Positions 1-12,819 of a stretch of 64,000 bases of DNA are shown piece by piece (the first letter of the stretch is position 1; each line of letters begins with the position of its first letter). The translations under genes were made by a program, and so were the position numbers. Origin of the DNA: Heterodontus francisci. Lineage: Eukaryota. The notes under the pieces were generated by a model that made no database searches, was not told where the DNA came from, and saw only the letters and a list, made by a program, of their open reading frames with translations. Location of the stretch: contig NC_090399.1 of the NCBI RefSeq assembly GCF_036365525.1, positions 54,034,430 through 54,098,429 of the forward strand. The letters are read 5' to 3'.

Positions 1-319
1 TAGAGAAAAGAAGCTGGTGGTTTTCTTTGCTTTCCAGGATGATCCTGGAATAGTGAGCAGTTTCTGCAGAGAGCAGGACCTGATTGTGCTTTATGTGGTT
101 CTGCCAGCTCTGGCAGGGAATGCCCAAACCAGTTCTCATCCATTGAAGTCTGCACCTGTTGAACTTCAGGGAGTGGAGAAGGGGGCTGTTCTAGGGTGAG
201 AATAATAGCTTTATTGGGGAGTGGAGCATCAAAGGTGGAGTTAAAGGTGTGGTTGAGCAGATCAGCAGAATGAAGGGCCAAAGCCTGGCTCGCTGTGATT
301 TTTGAAAGTGCAGTTAGTC

Positions 320-570
320 AGTCAATTGTTATACAGCACAGAAACAGGCCCTTCGGCCCATGTCTATGCTGGCCATCAAGCACTTATCTATTCTCATACC
401 ATTTTCCAGCACTTAGCCCATAGCTATGGTGTTTCAAGTGCTCTTCTAGATACTAAAATATTGAATGTTCCTGCCTCTCCTACCCCTTCAGGTAGTGTGT
501 TCCAGATTCCAACCACCCTCTGGGTGGAAATTCTTTTCCTCAAATCCCTTCTAAGCCTCCTGCCCCTGAG
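320..570 (-). mobile_element. CR1 LINE 3' fragment
   Basis: Minus-strand ORF reads STQRVVGIWNTLPEGVGEAGT (CR1 ORF2 C-terminus), followed by the CR1 3' UTR motif gggccgaagggcctg. Confidence 0.8.
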
Positions 571-2262
571 TGAATTGGGAGTTTGTTTCCAGGGTGGACA
601 CAGACAGCAATAGGGTTGTGAAGTGGTTAAGTGGAAGTGATCGGAGATGGCCTTATTGGTGACTAACACAATAGTGAAGCCACGTGAGGTGCCAAGGCCA
701 GGGGGAAGACCATGAATATGGGTTGGAAAGATTGAGGGAGAATGGAAGAACAGTGAACTTGAGAGAACATGATGAATTGAGGTGGAGCTTGAAATCAGCA
801 AGGAGACAGCCCCTGCACCAGGTGACTGAGGGAGGAAAGTTGTGAATATTCACTGAATTTTTATGGTTCTTAGATGGACAGTAGAGAATGCCCTTGACCT
901 GGGCCATCTTGTGGCCTCACTATTCCCATCATCTCTAAGAGGTCCATGATTGCTTCCTTGCATTGCCCTCCACCCACATTTCCCCCTACCCTACCCCTTC
1001 CATGTCTCTTCTCCACACCCACACCCCCAGAAAACATGCTTTTCCAATTCATTTATAACTACACTTCCAAAATCATGACATCAGATCATTGATATATTGA
1101 TTGCCAGTGCCAATGATTCATTGCCCTCTGAAGGATGAGAAACATTGACTGGAGAGGGTTTTCTGATTGAATAACAGATGTGAACATCCTGAGCCAGTAC
1201 CATACAAGGGAGAATCCTAGACTTCAGTTCTGTGAAGCAGTCAAATATCACTCTACCTGTGAGTTGTGGACTTTCCCAATGTTGTCTTGACTTTTGCACC
1301 AAGTGAATCAATGGCATTCCAGGCTGGAATGTCCTATAGGCAAGGAATGCTGAGTGACACCAACCACAGACCTTGGCATCTGACCATCTCAACCGGGCTC
1401 TCCTAGCAACTCATTTCTGCATTCAATCCTCCTCATGCCTATGTTTCACTCAGTGTTCCCTACATTTCACTTGGTGTTCCCTGGTCTAACTCTCTCCCCT
1501 TGGACTGGATATTGCTGGGCTGGGTCTTGCTGTAGGTGGATTGAGTGATGCTGCTTTGCATTGATCAGTCTCTGCCCTGAGCTGATCTTCACTCCTGCTG
1601 TTTCGCTCTGCATTCCCTGGTTCAACCCTCCCCTGGCCTGGAATTTGCTAGGGTCGTGTTGGTCAGTCTCTGACCCTATGAGCTGATATAGCTCAGCCAT
1701 GCCCACACATCCTAGTACTTTGCAATAAACTGCACCCACCTGGACCTCAGTTAAATATGCCCCTGATCACTGCCTCTGGTGCCACCTAGTCCTCCTCCCA
1801 GTTTTCACTGGAGGTTTGTGAACAAGCATTGAGGATCCACTTGCAATCATAGTACAAAGTAAGAAGTGGGCTTGTAGGGAAAGTCGCCAGGAACTACTGG
1901 ACCAGTTGCAGCACAGTAAATGGAGGGCTGACATCCCATTACTGATTGACTTCTCTGTTAGATATAATGCAGTGGTAACAAGCTCTCTATGAAGCTATTG
2001 TAAATCATTGTCTATTTGGGACGGAACATGAGACAAATAACATTGATTATTCAGTGGGAATCTCTCTGCCTTTCTTTCATGCACTGATCTTCACCTGAAT
2101 GAAGATTGGAACTTGCAGGCAAGGAACTGAATTAGGGTTTTCAGCAACTGTGTACAAACAGCAATAAGGGCTGGGGGAGAATCCGACATGAATGGAAACA
2201 TTTACTGAAATTATACTGTTCTTTCTATATTTCTAAAGTTAGCTTTTTTCTTTCTGTTCTAG

Positions 2263-2544
2263 TCGAACCCAAGGTCATTGTCCGACCTAAAACATCACAA
2301 CGTTCTGGCCAGTCAGCCCTGCTCACGTGTCATGTCACTGGATTTTACCCTCCCCAGATCAATGTCACATGGTTGAAAAATGGAGCACCAATTCCCAATG
2401 GTACCATCAACACTGCCCTACTATCGGATGGTGACTGGACCTATCAGGTGGAGGAACTCCTTCAGTATCAGCCAGTGCCTGGGGATAAGTATACCTGTCG
2501 TGTGGAACATAGCAGTCTGAAAGAACCCAGGAGCACAAACTGGG
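2263..2544 (+). CDS. MHC class II beta chain, beta2 (Ig C1-set) exon
   Basis: 282-bp phase 1-1 exon between ttttttctttctgttctAG and GTAAGA. Translates xEPKVIVRPKTSQRSGQSALLTCHVTGFYPPQINVTWLKNGAPIPNGTINTALLSDGDWTYQVEELLQYQPVPGDKYTCRVEHSSLKEPRSTNW, with C1-set CxxxGFYP, W and YTCxVxH, plus the class II beta-diagnostic GDWT (W153). Confidence 0.96.
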
Positions 2545-2584
2545 GTAAGAGACTCAATACGACCTGGAGCAGCTTGGGAGTAAC

Positions 2585-2720
2585 AACAAAATGCTGGAAA
2601 TACTCAGAAGGTCTTGCAGCACCTGTGGATAGAAACAGTTAGTGTTTGAGCTCAGTGACCCATTGACAGAACTGGGAGAGCTTAGATAAGGAACAGTTCG
2701 TAAGCTGTGGGGGGGGAGAG
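2585..2720 (-). mobile_element. Penelope-like terminal-repeat fragment (degraded)
   Basis: aaatgctggaaatactcag...gcagcacctgtggatagaaacag is the reverse complement of the repeat seen at 16720 and 32700. Confidence 0.6.
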
Positions 2721-2732
2721 AGAAGAGAGAAT

Positions 2733-2977
2733 GACTTTCATTTATACAAAGCTTTTCATGACCACTGGACATCCCAAAATGCTCGACAGCCAAGTACTTT
2801 TGAAGTGTGATGTCAGAAATGTGAGTCAATTTGTACACAGCAAGCTCCCACAAACAGCAATGTGATAATGACCAGCTAATCTGTTTTTGTGATGTTGATT
2901 GAGGGATAAATATTGACCAGGACCCCGGGGATAACTCCCCTGCTCTTCTTTGAAATAGTGCCCTGTGATCTTTTGTC
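2733..2977 (-). mobile_element. Deu-type SINE 3' part
   Basis: Reverse complement matches 36200-36400 (gcaggggagtt...cctggtcaatatttatccctca). Confidence 0.7.
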
Positions 2978-3139
2978 TTGATGAGCAAGGGGATGAGAGG
3001 ATTGGACCTACATCGCCCTGTCACCCCTCATGGCCTGCTTTGCTTCTTCAGGCAGAGCAAGTGGCCGAGAGGAGGGAAGCAGCATGGCCCGTGGCCTAGA
3101 GTTAACATCTGGAGTGGTGGGGAGGAAACGGGGTGTGTG

Positions 3140-3670
3140 GCCATCTACTACCACCCTCTGACTTCTATGGGCCAGCCAATGTTGTATCCAGACAGCCAAC
3201 TTTCCCTGTATCCCATGCCTCCTTACTTTCTGAATGAGCCTGCCATGGGGAACCTTATCAAATGCCTTGCTAAAATCCATATACACCACATCCACTGCTC
3301 TTCCTTCATCTGTGTTTTGTCACATCTTCAAAGAATTCAATAAGGCTTGAGACATGACCTGCCCCTCACAAAGCCATGCTGACTGTCTCTAATCAAACCA
3401 TGATTTTCCAAGTAATCATAAATCCTGTCTCTCAGAATCCTCTCCAATAATTTGCCCACTACTGACGTAAGACTGACTGGTCTATAATTCCCAGGGTTAT
3501 CCCTATTCCCTTTCTTGAACAAGGGAACAACATTTGCCACCCTCCAATCATCTGGTACTACTCCAGTGGACAGTGAAGATGCAAAGATCATTGCCAAAGG
3601 CGCAGCAATCTCTTCCCTCGCTTCCCGTAACATCCTTGGGTATATCCCCTCTGGCCCCAGGGACTTATCA
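3140..3670 (-). mobile_element. Internal CR1 reverse-transcriptase fragment, same young subfamily as 25205-28318
   Basis: DKSLGPEGIYPRMLREAREEIAAPL...NYRPVSLTS...DVVYMDFSKAFDKVPH is nearly identical to the 805-aa ORF. Confidence 0.92.
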
Positions 3671-3674
3671 GTTC

Positions 3675-4175
3675 TGTGATGGGGTGGAAATGGATTGGAG
3701 GGATTCAGACATGGAGTTCTGGAAAAGATGGGCACAGATTTGCGAGGTGACAACATGTTCAATGAATTTTTGTAGAGGAAAGGAAGGTTGGAGATGGGAT
3801 GGTAGTTTGCAAGGATGGTGGGGACGAGGGTTGGCTTTGTGAGGAGATGGATGATGACAGCCATTTTAAAGAAGAAACAATTAATAGTTTAAATGAGAAC
3901 AGTTAATATCAGCTGGGTCCAGGGGGGAGGTTGGATGGGAAGTTTAGTGAGAATAGGGTCGAAGGAGAATGAGGTGAGCTAGGAGAAAACTAGAGAAAGA
4001 TGAGTTGGGGCAGGGGGATCTTCAGAGGCAGTTTGGACAGGTGGGCGACTGGAAGGGAAGGACCCAGCAGAGGCAGCTGATGGTCTTTGTCACTAAGATA
4101 GAGACCATCTAAGAGCTCCTCACTTATTGTTGGAGGTGAGGGTGTGAGACAAGGGAGGCATTTAAGATTTAGCAT
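3675..4175 (-). mobile_element. L2-like LINE fragment
   Basis: Minus strand gives KPTLVPTILANYHPISNLPFL (L2 RT N-terminal motif); similar to 17400-17940. Confidence 0.7.
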
Positions 4176-4374
4176 TGATTGTCAAAGGTAAGTGGTTAGA
4201 TTCTTTTTTTGTTGGGAGGCGTGTTTAAGAAAATGTAAAATTTAAAGTTTCTGTTCTTGTCCAATACCTTTTGACTCATGGCAACTAGCTCATTAAAATC
4301 ACAGGCCAATAGAAAGCTTGGAGTAGGGCTTGGTGCTTTCCTCCAATACTTTTTGCAAATTTCACAATTCTCAA

Positions 4375-5200
4375 TCTATTCGCCTTGTATATTTGGCAAA
4401 CCTTTCACCCCCTTGCTGATCAAGAATCTATCTACCCCTGTCTTAAATATTCAAAGACTCTGCTTCCACCGCCTCTTCTTTTGAGGTAGAGAATTCCAAA
4501 GACACTCTATCCTCAGAAAAAAATTCTCCATCTGTCTTAAATGGGCAACCCCTTATTTTTTAAACAGTCACCCCTGGTTCTAGATTCTCCTGCAAGAGGA
4601 ACCATCTTTTCCACACCCACCCTGTCGAGACCCCTCAGGATCTTGTGCTTCAATCAAATCACCTCTACTCTTCCAAATTCCAGCAGATACAAGCCTAGCC
4701 TGTCCAATCTTTCCTCATAAGACAACCCATTATTCCAGTATTCGTCTAGTAAACCTTCTCTGAACTGCTTCCAATGCACTTACATCCTTCCTTAAATATG
4801 GCAACCAATACTGTACAAAGTAATCCAGATGTGGTCTCCAATGCTCTGTATAACTGAAGCATAACCTCCCTACTTTTGTATTCAATTCCCCACACAATAA
4901 ACAATAACATTCTACTAGCTTTCCTAACTGCTTGCTGTGCCTGCTTACTAACCTTTTGTGATTCATACACTAGGACAGCCAGATCCCTCTGCATCTGAGC
5001 TCTGCAATCTCTCTCCATTCAGATAATGCTTTTTTTATTCTTGCCAAAAAGGATAATTTCCCACATTGTACTCCATTTGCCAGATCTTTGCCCATGCACT
5101 TAACCTATCTACATCCCTTTGTAGCCTCCTTATGTCCTCTTCACAACTTACTTTCCTACTTTTTGTGTCATCAAATTTAGAAACTGTACCTTTTGGTCCC
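4375..5200 (-). mobile_element. CR1 LINE 3' fragment
   Basis: KFDDTK, WAKIWQMEYNV and RPHLDYFVQYWLPYLRKDV, with frameshifts. Confidence 0.9.
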
Positions 5201-6526
5201 TTCAAGTTTAGCCATATGTTGAGTTCCCTCATCATTCTGTCCTTTTCTATTCTCATACATAGCTGAAAAAGTATTCCAGAGATTACCAGCCTGCTTCCTA
5301 ACCTCATTTCATGTCACTCAGTCCTTTCCTATCTTGACTGCATGTGGATCATGACTGCTGTCCTTTCCATAACCTCTTCACAAGGTCCCTTATCCTCACC
5401 CCTGAGAATCTACAGGACTCTTGATCTGGACTGCACAAGATGCTGCCCAGCACCCTAATTAAGTCTCCTACCCCAACCCCTCCCAACATTTTTTTGTTGC
5501 TGTATTCCCTCACTTGCCGTCACCACTCCTTTATCACTGCCCGCTCCCCATCACACTCACTGGAGTGGCTACTCTCAAACTCTTGCTCTGGAAATCTCTC
5601 GTGTTATCTGTCTCCAACTCCCCCCTCACATTCTGACTTCTTAAACTTGAGTAATCTCAGTTGGAGACATCTCCCATGGATAGTTTTTGTTTGGGTTAAC
5701 ATCATCTATTCAATTTCTACATCCTGCACAAGCCAAACATCTGCCCTTCTTGTGCTGACCAGAAATGGTCATTCAGTTGGAGTTGGACGGGAATTTAAAC
5801 TGCTCTCTTCCTCCTTTTTCCCCTCTGTTAAATTCCCATGGTGGCATTATTGTCCTCTAGCTGCTACCAGCTCATTCCATTGTCAGCTCTCAGCTCAAAC
5901 TGCTGTATGAATTGCTTTGTGACCTTTTGATCCTGTTCCATTGGTGTAAAATATCAGGAATCTCATGTATCCTGTTCTGCAGTTTGACTCAAAGCAGTTT
6001 ATTAGTTGGAGGCAAGAGGATCATCACCAGGTGTCTGAGGATGTTAGAGTCCTTCCTGTGAAGCTTACTTTCACAGGGACAAGTGTAACCACATTCAAAC
6101 AGTTCATACAGATCCTATGCTTTGCTGGAATTCAGATACCTGCTGGAGCTGGAAGAGGTCACACAGCTGGAAATCCAGTGTAGTCAGCACCTTGTACCTT
6201 CCCAGTTTTCCATTCTTTTGCTTCACTCTCTGCAATTTTGCAAATTTCTCCAACTGCTGTCTGACTTCTGACACCATCAGAAACACACTTGGTACTGCTT
6301 GAGTGTCCATTTCCCTGGAAACTCAGGAGGGCACTCTCCCTCTTTCCTCCCAATGACTTGCCAAAGGCTGCTGTCACACCACATCACTTTCAAGTGCCTG
6401 AATGTGATTTCAGGCTGAACAAGGGTTTGAACTGGAATCCCATTCCCCAGTGATGTGACAGCAGGTTCTGTAGTTCAATAGGACACCTAGTGCTGTTTTA
6501 ACACTCGGATTGTTTCACTTGGACAG

Positions 6527-6643
6527 AAGTACAGGATACATCAGAATCGGAGAGAATCAAGATCATGGTTGGAGCCCTGGGCTTTGTGGTTGGGCTGATC
6601 ATCCTGTTGGCTGGAGTGATAATTAAGCTGAGGAATGCTAAAG
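6527..6643 (+). CDS. MHC class II beta chain, connecting peptide/transmembrane exon
   Basis: 117-bp phase 1-1 exon (cAG|AA...AAG|GTGAGA), in frame with the beta2 exon: EVQDTSESERIKIMVGALGFVVGLIILLAGVIIKLRNAK. Has the class II beta GxxGxxxGxxxxxxG TM motif and RNxK. Confidence 0.95.
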
Positions 6644-8089
6644 GTGAGATCCAGTTCCTGTCTGCAGAGTACAGGGGACTCCTGTTGTCTGTATCTGGGG
6701 ATTTCTGTGAGCCTTTGTTGGGGGAGGGGGCGGGGGGGTTGCAGGGGATGTCTGTAAGCTGCTGCCTCCTTGCACTGTACAAAGTGCAATCAGACTGATT
6801 GATTGTCTGGGAATATCCAGATATTAATTTAAAGTCTTCCCAGCTGACCTTAGTAAATCCAGCAGGTTGACATTGCTACCACTGGTGAGGCAGAGTCCTC
6901 CCATTGGGAACAGCTGATGCTGGTTTGGGTCTTGGTGCAATGTTTAAAAAAAAACTGAAACCAGGACAGCATAACTTTAATGTTCCTGGCATTCCAAAAG
7001 CAGAGTGAAATTCCTTGCCCCCTGAGCACCCCATCCCTGACCCAAATCAGGAACCTCTAACCATAAGTTGGAATATTATAAGCTGGGGTAGCATGTTTCT
7101 CAACTTGTCCTTCAGTATCAATAAGCCAGATAATCCTAAACTGTCGTAGTAACCCAAGTAAGTGAGTGCACATGGATGGCCCTCTGCCAACCATACAGTT
7201 ATGCCAAGTTCTTTCAGTCCCTGATTATGAAATTGACCATGACTCTAGATAGTTTCTAAATTCCATTTATTGTTTGAATTTTAGTATTTAGACATGGGAT
7301 GAGTTGCTGACGATATTGTGGCTGATGCTTCCTTTTACTCATAATCACATGACAGTGATCAGTCTGTGGTTGAATGTAAATAGTCAGTTGATCAAGCTGC
7401 TGCTGTCTTGACTTCCTCCTCCCCTCGACAGCAAGGATTGGCACCGATCTTTGTCCTTTACGTTTTATACAGTAGGACGTGCTAGGATGTTCCTTTCGGG
7501 CAAAACGCGAGCTAGTTAGTTAAGTCTATTTGCTTCGGAACACCGCAGGCTTCATCCAATTTCCACAGTTCTTTTGATATGCCAGTATTCTTTGTGATTT
7601 CCATCCCCACAATTCTTTTTGTTGACCTTATCAGCATAGGTACCTGCAAGTCTCAAGCATGTATAGTGTGCTGACTGGCATAACACCTTTTGCTTATCAG
7701 CCGTTTCATCCTGCAGGCCAGCACCCTGTGCTGATCACCTGGTCGATTGACTTCTTGTCTCCACAGAATGCCCTTCCCTCTGACATCAAACCTCCTTGCA
7801 AGGCTTGCTGGATCTTTTTGATCAAATTACCCAGTTTTGATTGGGCAGGCAGCATTCGCAAGCCTTGCCCAAGTGAATTTGATTGCGGCTGTAAGTATAC
7901 TGCAGGAATAGTCCAGCACATGCCACTGAAGGTATAAAACTATCAGGTCAAGAACAATTAGTGCTAGCTCTTACCAGAGGAACAAGAAACAGCAGCTTGA
8001 TAACTGTCTACATTCAACAACTGACTGATCCACTCTAGTGTGATTCTCAGTAAGTGGGCCCCATCTGGTGACCAATTGTAATATTTCCA

Positions 8090-8955
8090 ATTTTGCAGAT
8101 GACACAACTTAGTGGGAATGTGAGTTGAGGAGGATGCAAAGAGACTTCAAGGGGATTTGACAGATTGAGTAGGAAAGAACATGGCAGATGTAATATAATG
8201 AAGGTAAGTGTGAGGATATCCACTTTGGTAGGAGGAACAGAAGTGCAGAGTATTTCTTAAATGGTGTGGAAAGTGTTGATGTCCAAAGGGATTTGGGTGT
8301 CCTTGTTCATGAGTCACTGAAAGCTAGGATGCAGGTGCAGCAAGCAATTAAGAAGGCAAATGACATATTAACCTTTATCGTCTGAGGATTTGAGTACAGA
8401 AGCAAAGAAGTCTTTCTTCAGTTGTAGAGAACATTGGTAAGGCTGCACTGTGTGCCGTTCTGGCCTCCTTGCCTGAGGAAGGATATACTTGGCATAGAGG
8501 GAGTATAGTGGAGTTTCACTAGACTGATTCTTGGGATGGTGGGATTGTCCTATGAAGAGAGACTGAGGAGACCAGGCCTGTATTCTCAAGTTTAGAATAA
8601 TGAGAGGTGATCTTGTAGAAACTTACAAAATTCTTAAAGGGATAGATAGGGTAGATACAGAAAGGGTATTTCGCCTGGCTGTGGGGTCTAGAGCCAGGGG
8701 ACACAATCTCAGAATAAAGAACAAGCCATTTAGGACTGAGATGAGGAGGAACTTTGGAACTCTCTGCCCCAGAGGGTGGTGGACGCTCAGTCACTGCGTA
8801 AGTTCAAGACCGAGATCGATTAGATTTCTAGTTGCTCATGACATCAAGGGATATGGGGTTAGTGCGGGAATCCGGTATTGAGGTAGACGATCAGCCATGA
8901 CCTAGAATGGCGGAGCAGGCTCGAAGGGCTGAATGGCCTACTCTTGCTCTTATGT
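8090..8955 (+). mobile_element. CR1 LINE 3' fragment
   Basis: FADD region at the start, MRGDLVETYKILKG ORF, and 3' UTR ggctcgaagggctgaatggcctactc. Confidence 0.9.
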
Positions 8956-9644
8956 CTAAATACTAAAATGCAAACAAATTAAATTCAGAAACTAGAGTCA
9001 TAATCCAAGTTTGTAATCCTAGAGTAAAAAAAGCTGGGCATTGATTTACTTTGCAGCATATTTCCACATTCTACACAGACTTAAAGTCCATCTTTTCAAA
9101 ATTCGATTAAATTGTACCTGCATTAAATTGTGATGTAACCAGACACTAAAGTTCATTAAAAATACAGCAATCCAGTAACTGTTAGATTCTGACAGCATTT
9201 CAGTGAACAAGGAATGAAGCCCAGGCAGTGATCATTCACAGCAGGTTAAGTCCAGGGGAAACGCAATCTCAATTAGATATGGTATTGTTGGTTCATCAGA
9301 AACCAGTCATAAAAAAAAAATGTAATGCTGCAAACATGTGTTGTGAATTTAACTGGGCATGTGCTGGCTAGTATTAGTGTGAAAGCTGTTGTAAATCCTG
9401 TGTGGACTTTCCCTGCCACTATCTAAACATTGGAGAGATATGGAACACTTGAGTTTCAGATAACTAATTTTAATAGGAAGTAAATTAGGACAGCTCCAAA
9501 CCTGTCTCTGACCTCTGATCAGTGCTTCCATTGAGAGACTGCTAGCAGGCAGAGACTTGAATTTATCCCTGTGTTCAATGCATTAGCTGACTGGAGCTCA
9601 ATGAGGCTTGATCACCTGTACTGACCATGTTTACTTTCTTTCAG

Positions 9645-9671
9645 ATATCCTGGATTTCAATCTCCGCCCAC
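9645..9671 (+). CDS. MHC class II beta chain, short cytoplasmic exon
   Basis: 27-bp phase 1-1 exon after ctgacc...tttactttctttcAG and before GTATGT; gives DILDFNLRP. Size fits the small cytoplasmic exon of class II B genes. Confidence 0.85.
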
Positions 9672-10309
9672 GTATGTATCCCAGCAGGAAGATTATTTTC
9701 GATCTATTGCTGTGGGAGGATTGCTCTCAAATGAAGAGTCTACTCTTGACAAACAACAATTTTATTTCCTAGCATTCCCAGCTAGAAGTACCCAGGGCAG
9801 ATATATCAGGGGGCTAGATAGGGTAAAGCTCCCTCTTCACTGACTGGGAGTTGGATTGACACTGTCCTGAATCTAATTAACACAGGATCTTCACTGTTGG
9901 TCGAGATATACCTTCCATCCTGAGTGCAGGTGTAGGTGAAAAGCCTGTGCATGAACCCCGTGTTCCATTGGTCCCATCTCTAATAACACAAAAATCAGGC
10001 ATGTTACCCATGTGATGGAGATACTTTCTCAAGCCTGAGCTATCCAGGTCCCTAACATGTTGCAGACTGATCAATTGGCTGCATGGGTGTAAACACTCCC
10101 TCATCACCAGGTCTTAGTCTAGGTGTTCCCTTTGCTACAAAGATGACCCCTGATCCCCACCTAATATTTCCAGCCTTGATCATTTCTGGAATTGTACTGT
10201 ACAATCCATTACACTCCATTACAGTCCAGTGTATTGTACAACTCCAGCTTATTGCTACCTGCATACTGAGGTTAATAGCAGACAAGCCATGTGCTGTCTA
10301 ATGATTCAC

Positions 10310-10905
10310 ATTAGAAACATAAGATTTACAGAACAGAAGGAGGCCACTTGGCCCATGTCCATATCAACTGAAAAAGATCTATCCAGTCTAATCCCACCTT
10401 CCAGCTCTTTTCCCCTAGTGCTGTAGGTTACAGTATCTCTGGCGCAAATCCTTTTTTTTTAAAATCACGAGTTTCTGTCTCTGCTACCCTTTCAGGCAGT
10501 GAGGTCCAGACTGCCACCACTGCAGTTATTGACCTCTCTGAACAGAAATGGGCCCTTCCTACCCACTATATCTAGGCCCCTCATCATTTTATACACTTCA
10601 ATTGAATCTCCCCTCAGCCTCCTCTGTTCCAAAGAAAATAAACTCATCCTATCCAATCTTTCCCCATAGCCTAAGTTCGCCTTTTCCCAGCAACATCCTT
10701 GTAAATCTTTTCTGTATCTTCTCTCATGTGATCACTTCCTTCCCGTAATGTGGTGACCAGAACACTCTAGTACTCTAGCTGCAGTCTAACTAGTGTTTTA
10801 ACCATTCTAGCATAGCCTCCCTGCTCTTACACACTAGACCTCAGTCAATAAAAGAAAGTCTCCTGTATGCTGCCTTAAACACCTGTCCTGCTACCTTCAG
10901 GGATC
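10310..10905 (-). mobile_element. Degraded CR1 3' fragment
   Basis: Begins with the reverse-complemented CR1 tail (gaaacataaga...ggaggcc) and continues into ORF2 C-terminal-like sequence. Confidence 0.7.
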
Positions 10906-11029
10906 GAGATGTTGGGATGGCCACATGTTGAGGGGTGTGGGTGGTTTTCCCCCACCTCCCTGTGCACACAAACACACTTACTCCTTTTTGTGGTGTGTGG
11001 TACTGAGCTTTCAGCATCTACATAGACTT

Positions 11030-12410
11030 TTTTTCCATATCTGATTCAGTATACTCTTTGACATCAAGGGAGTCTAAATTTCCCTTTTACTTTGAGTATA
11101 TTTGTTCTAAACTCTATCTGCTAGTTGAATGCCTCCCACTGCTCTGACACTGACCTTCAAGTAGCTGTTTCCAGTCCACTTTTGCCAAATCACATCTCTG
11201 TTTAGTAAAATTGACATTTTCCCAACTTCAAACTTACTCTTGGTCTTGGTCATCTTTATCTTTTTCCATAACTACTGTAAATCTAACTGAACTACAATCA
11301 GCGTCACTAAAATGCTTTCCCACTGATTCCCTTCCACCTGCCCCGATTTGTTCCCTAAAACAAAGTCCAGAACTGTCCCATCTCTTCGAGTCATAGTTAT
11401 ACAGCACAAAAACAAACCCTTCGGCCCATTGTGTCTGTGCTGGCCATCCCGCACCCAACTATTCTAATCCCATATTGCTGCACTTGGCCTGTAGTCTTGT
11501 ATACTCTGGTGTTTCAAGTGCTCATCTAAATACTACTAAAATGTTGAGGGTTCCTGCCTCTCACCTCTTCAGGCAGTGCGTTCCAGATTCCAACCACCCT
11601 CTGGGTAAGAATGTTTCCTCAAATCCCCCTAAACCTCCTGCCCCTTACCCTAAATCTATGCCCCCTAGTTATTGACCCCCTCCACTAAGGGAAAAAGTTT
11701 CTTCCTATCTGACCTATTAATGCCCCTCATAATTTTGTATACCTCAATCATGTCCCTCCTCAGCCTTCTCTGCTCCAAGGAAAACGACCCTAGCCTTTTC
11801 AGTCTCTCTTCATAGCTGAAATGTTCCAGCCTGGGCAACATCCTGGTGAATCTCCTCTGCACCTTTTCCACTGCAGTCACATACTTCTATAGTGTGGTGC
11901 CCAGAACTGTACACATTACTCCAGCTGTGTCCTAACTAGCATTTGATGCAGCTCCATCATAACCTCCCTGCTTTTGTATTCTGTGCCACGGCTAATAAAG
12001 GCAAGTATCCCATATGCCTTCCTAACCACCTTATCTACCTGTGCTGCTGCCTTCAGTGATCTATGGACAAGTACAACAAGGTCCCTCTGACCTTCAGTAC
12101 TTCCTAGGGTCCTACCATCCATTGTATATTCCCTTGCCTTGTTGGTCCTCCCAAAATGCATTACCTCACAATTTTAAGGATTAAATTCCATTTGCCACTG
12201 CTCTGCCCATCTTACCAGCCCATCTATATATCCTGTAATCTAAGGATTTTCTCCACTATTTACAACACCAATTTTCGTGTCATCTGCAAACTTACTGATC
12301 ATACCTCCTATATTCACGTCTAAATCATTCATGTACACTACAAACAGCAGGGATCCCAGCACCAATCCCTGCAGTAAAACCACTGGTCACAGGCTTCCAA
12401 TTGCAAAAAT
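11030..12410 (-). mobile_element. Two abutting CR1 fragments (endonuclease part about 11030-11390; 3' RT part about 11392-12410)
   Basis: TRRDGTVLDFVLGN; MHFGRTNKAREYTMDG; EKVQRRFTRMLP; 3' UTR hairpin at about 11415-11430. Confidence 0.88.
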
Positions 12411-12819
12411 TGTTGGGTTTACTATGTGCTAGCTTAAAGTTCTGAATGCATTTTAATAGTTCTGTGCCCTGTACCTTTTCGTACAATGAATTTATTCCAG
12501 TTACTATTCAGGTAGTTGAAATCTCTTATTTACTGCCCTTTTTTTCTTTTCCAGCAATTAATCTACATATTTTCTCTCTCCCTATGACTGGGGGTCTATA
12601 GTTTACTCTCAACTGTGCATTTGTCCCTTTGTTGTTCAGCTAGACCCACATGGATTCATTTGATGCTCCTTCTAGCATAGCATCCCTGCTATAGCTGTGA
12701 TTATTTCTTTAACCAATATTGTAACCCCTCTATCCTGTTAGTCGTGTATATGCACTGATGGAATATTAACTGGTTCTGTACTGAGTCCTGTACTTTCTAA
12801 CCCTGGTAACCTTTTTTAG

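Noticed and set aside
2545-2642. ORF-track extensions past the beta2 exon (and past the TM exon to 6798)
   Set aside because: Read-through beyond consensus splice donors into intron.
2263-6643. W-category (WB), class I or DM identity for the main gene
   Set aside because: GDW in beta2, the class II beta TM motif and a tail without YxxPhi fit an ordinary class II beta chain.
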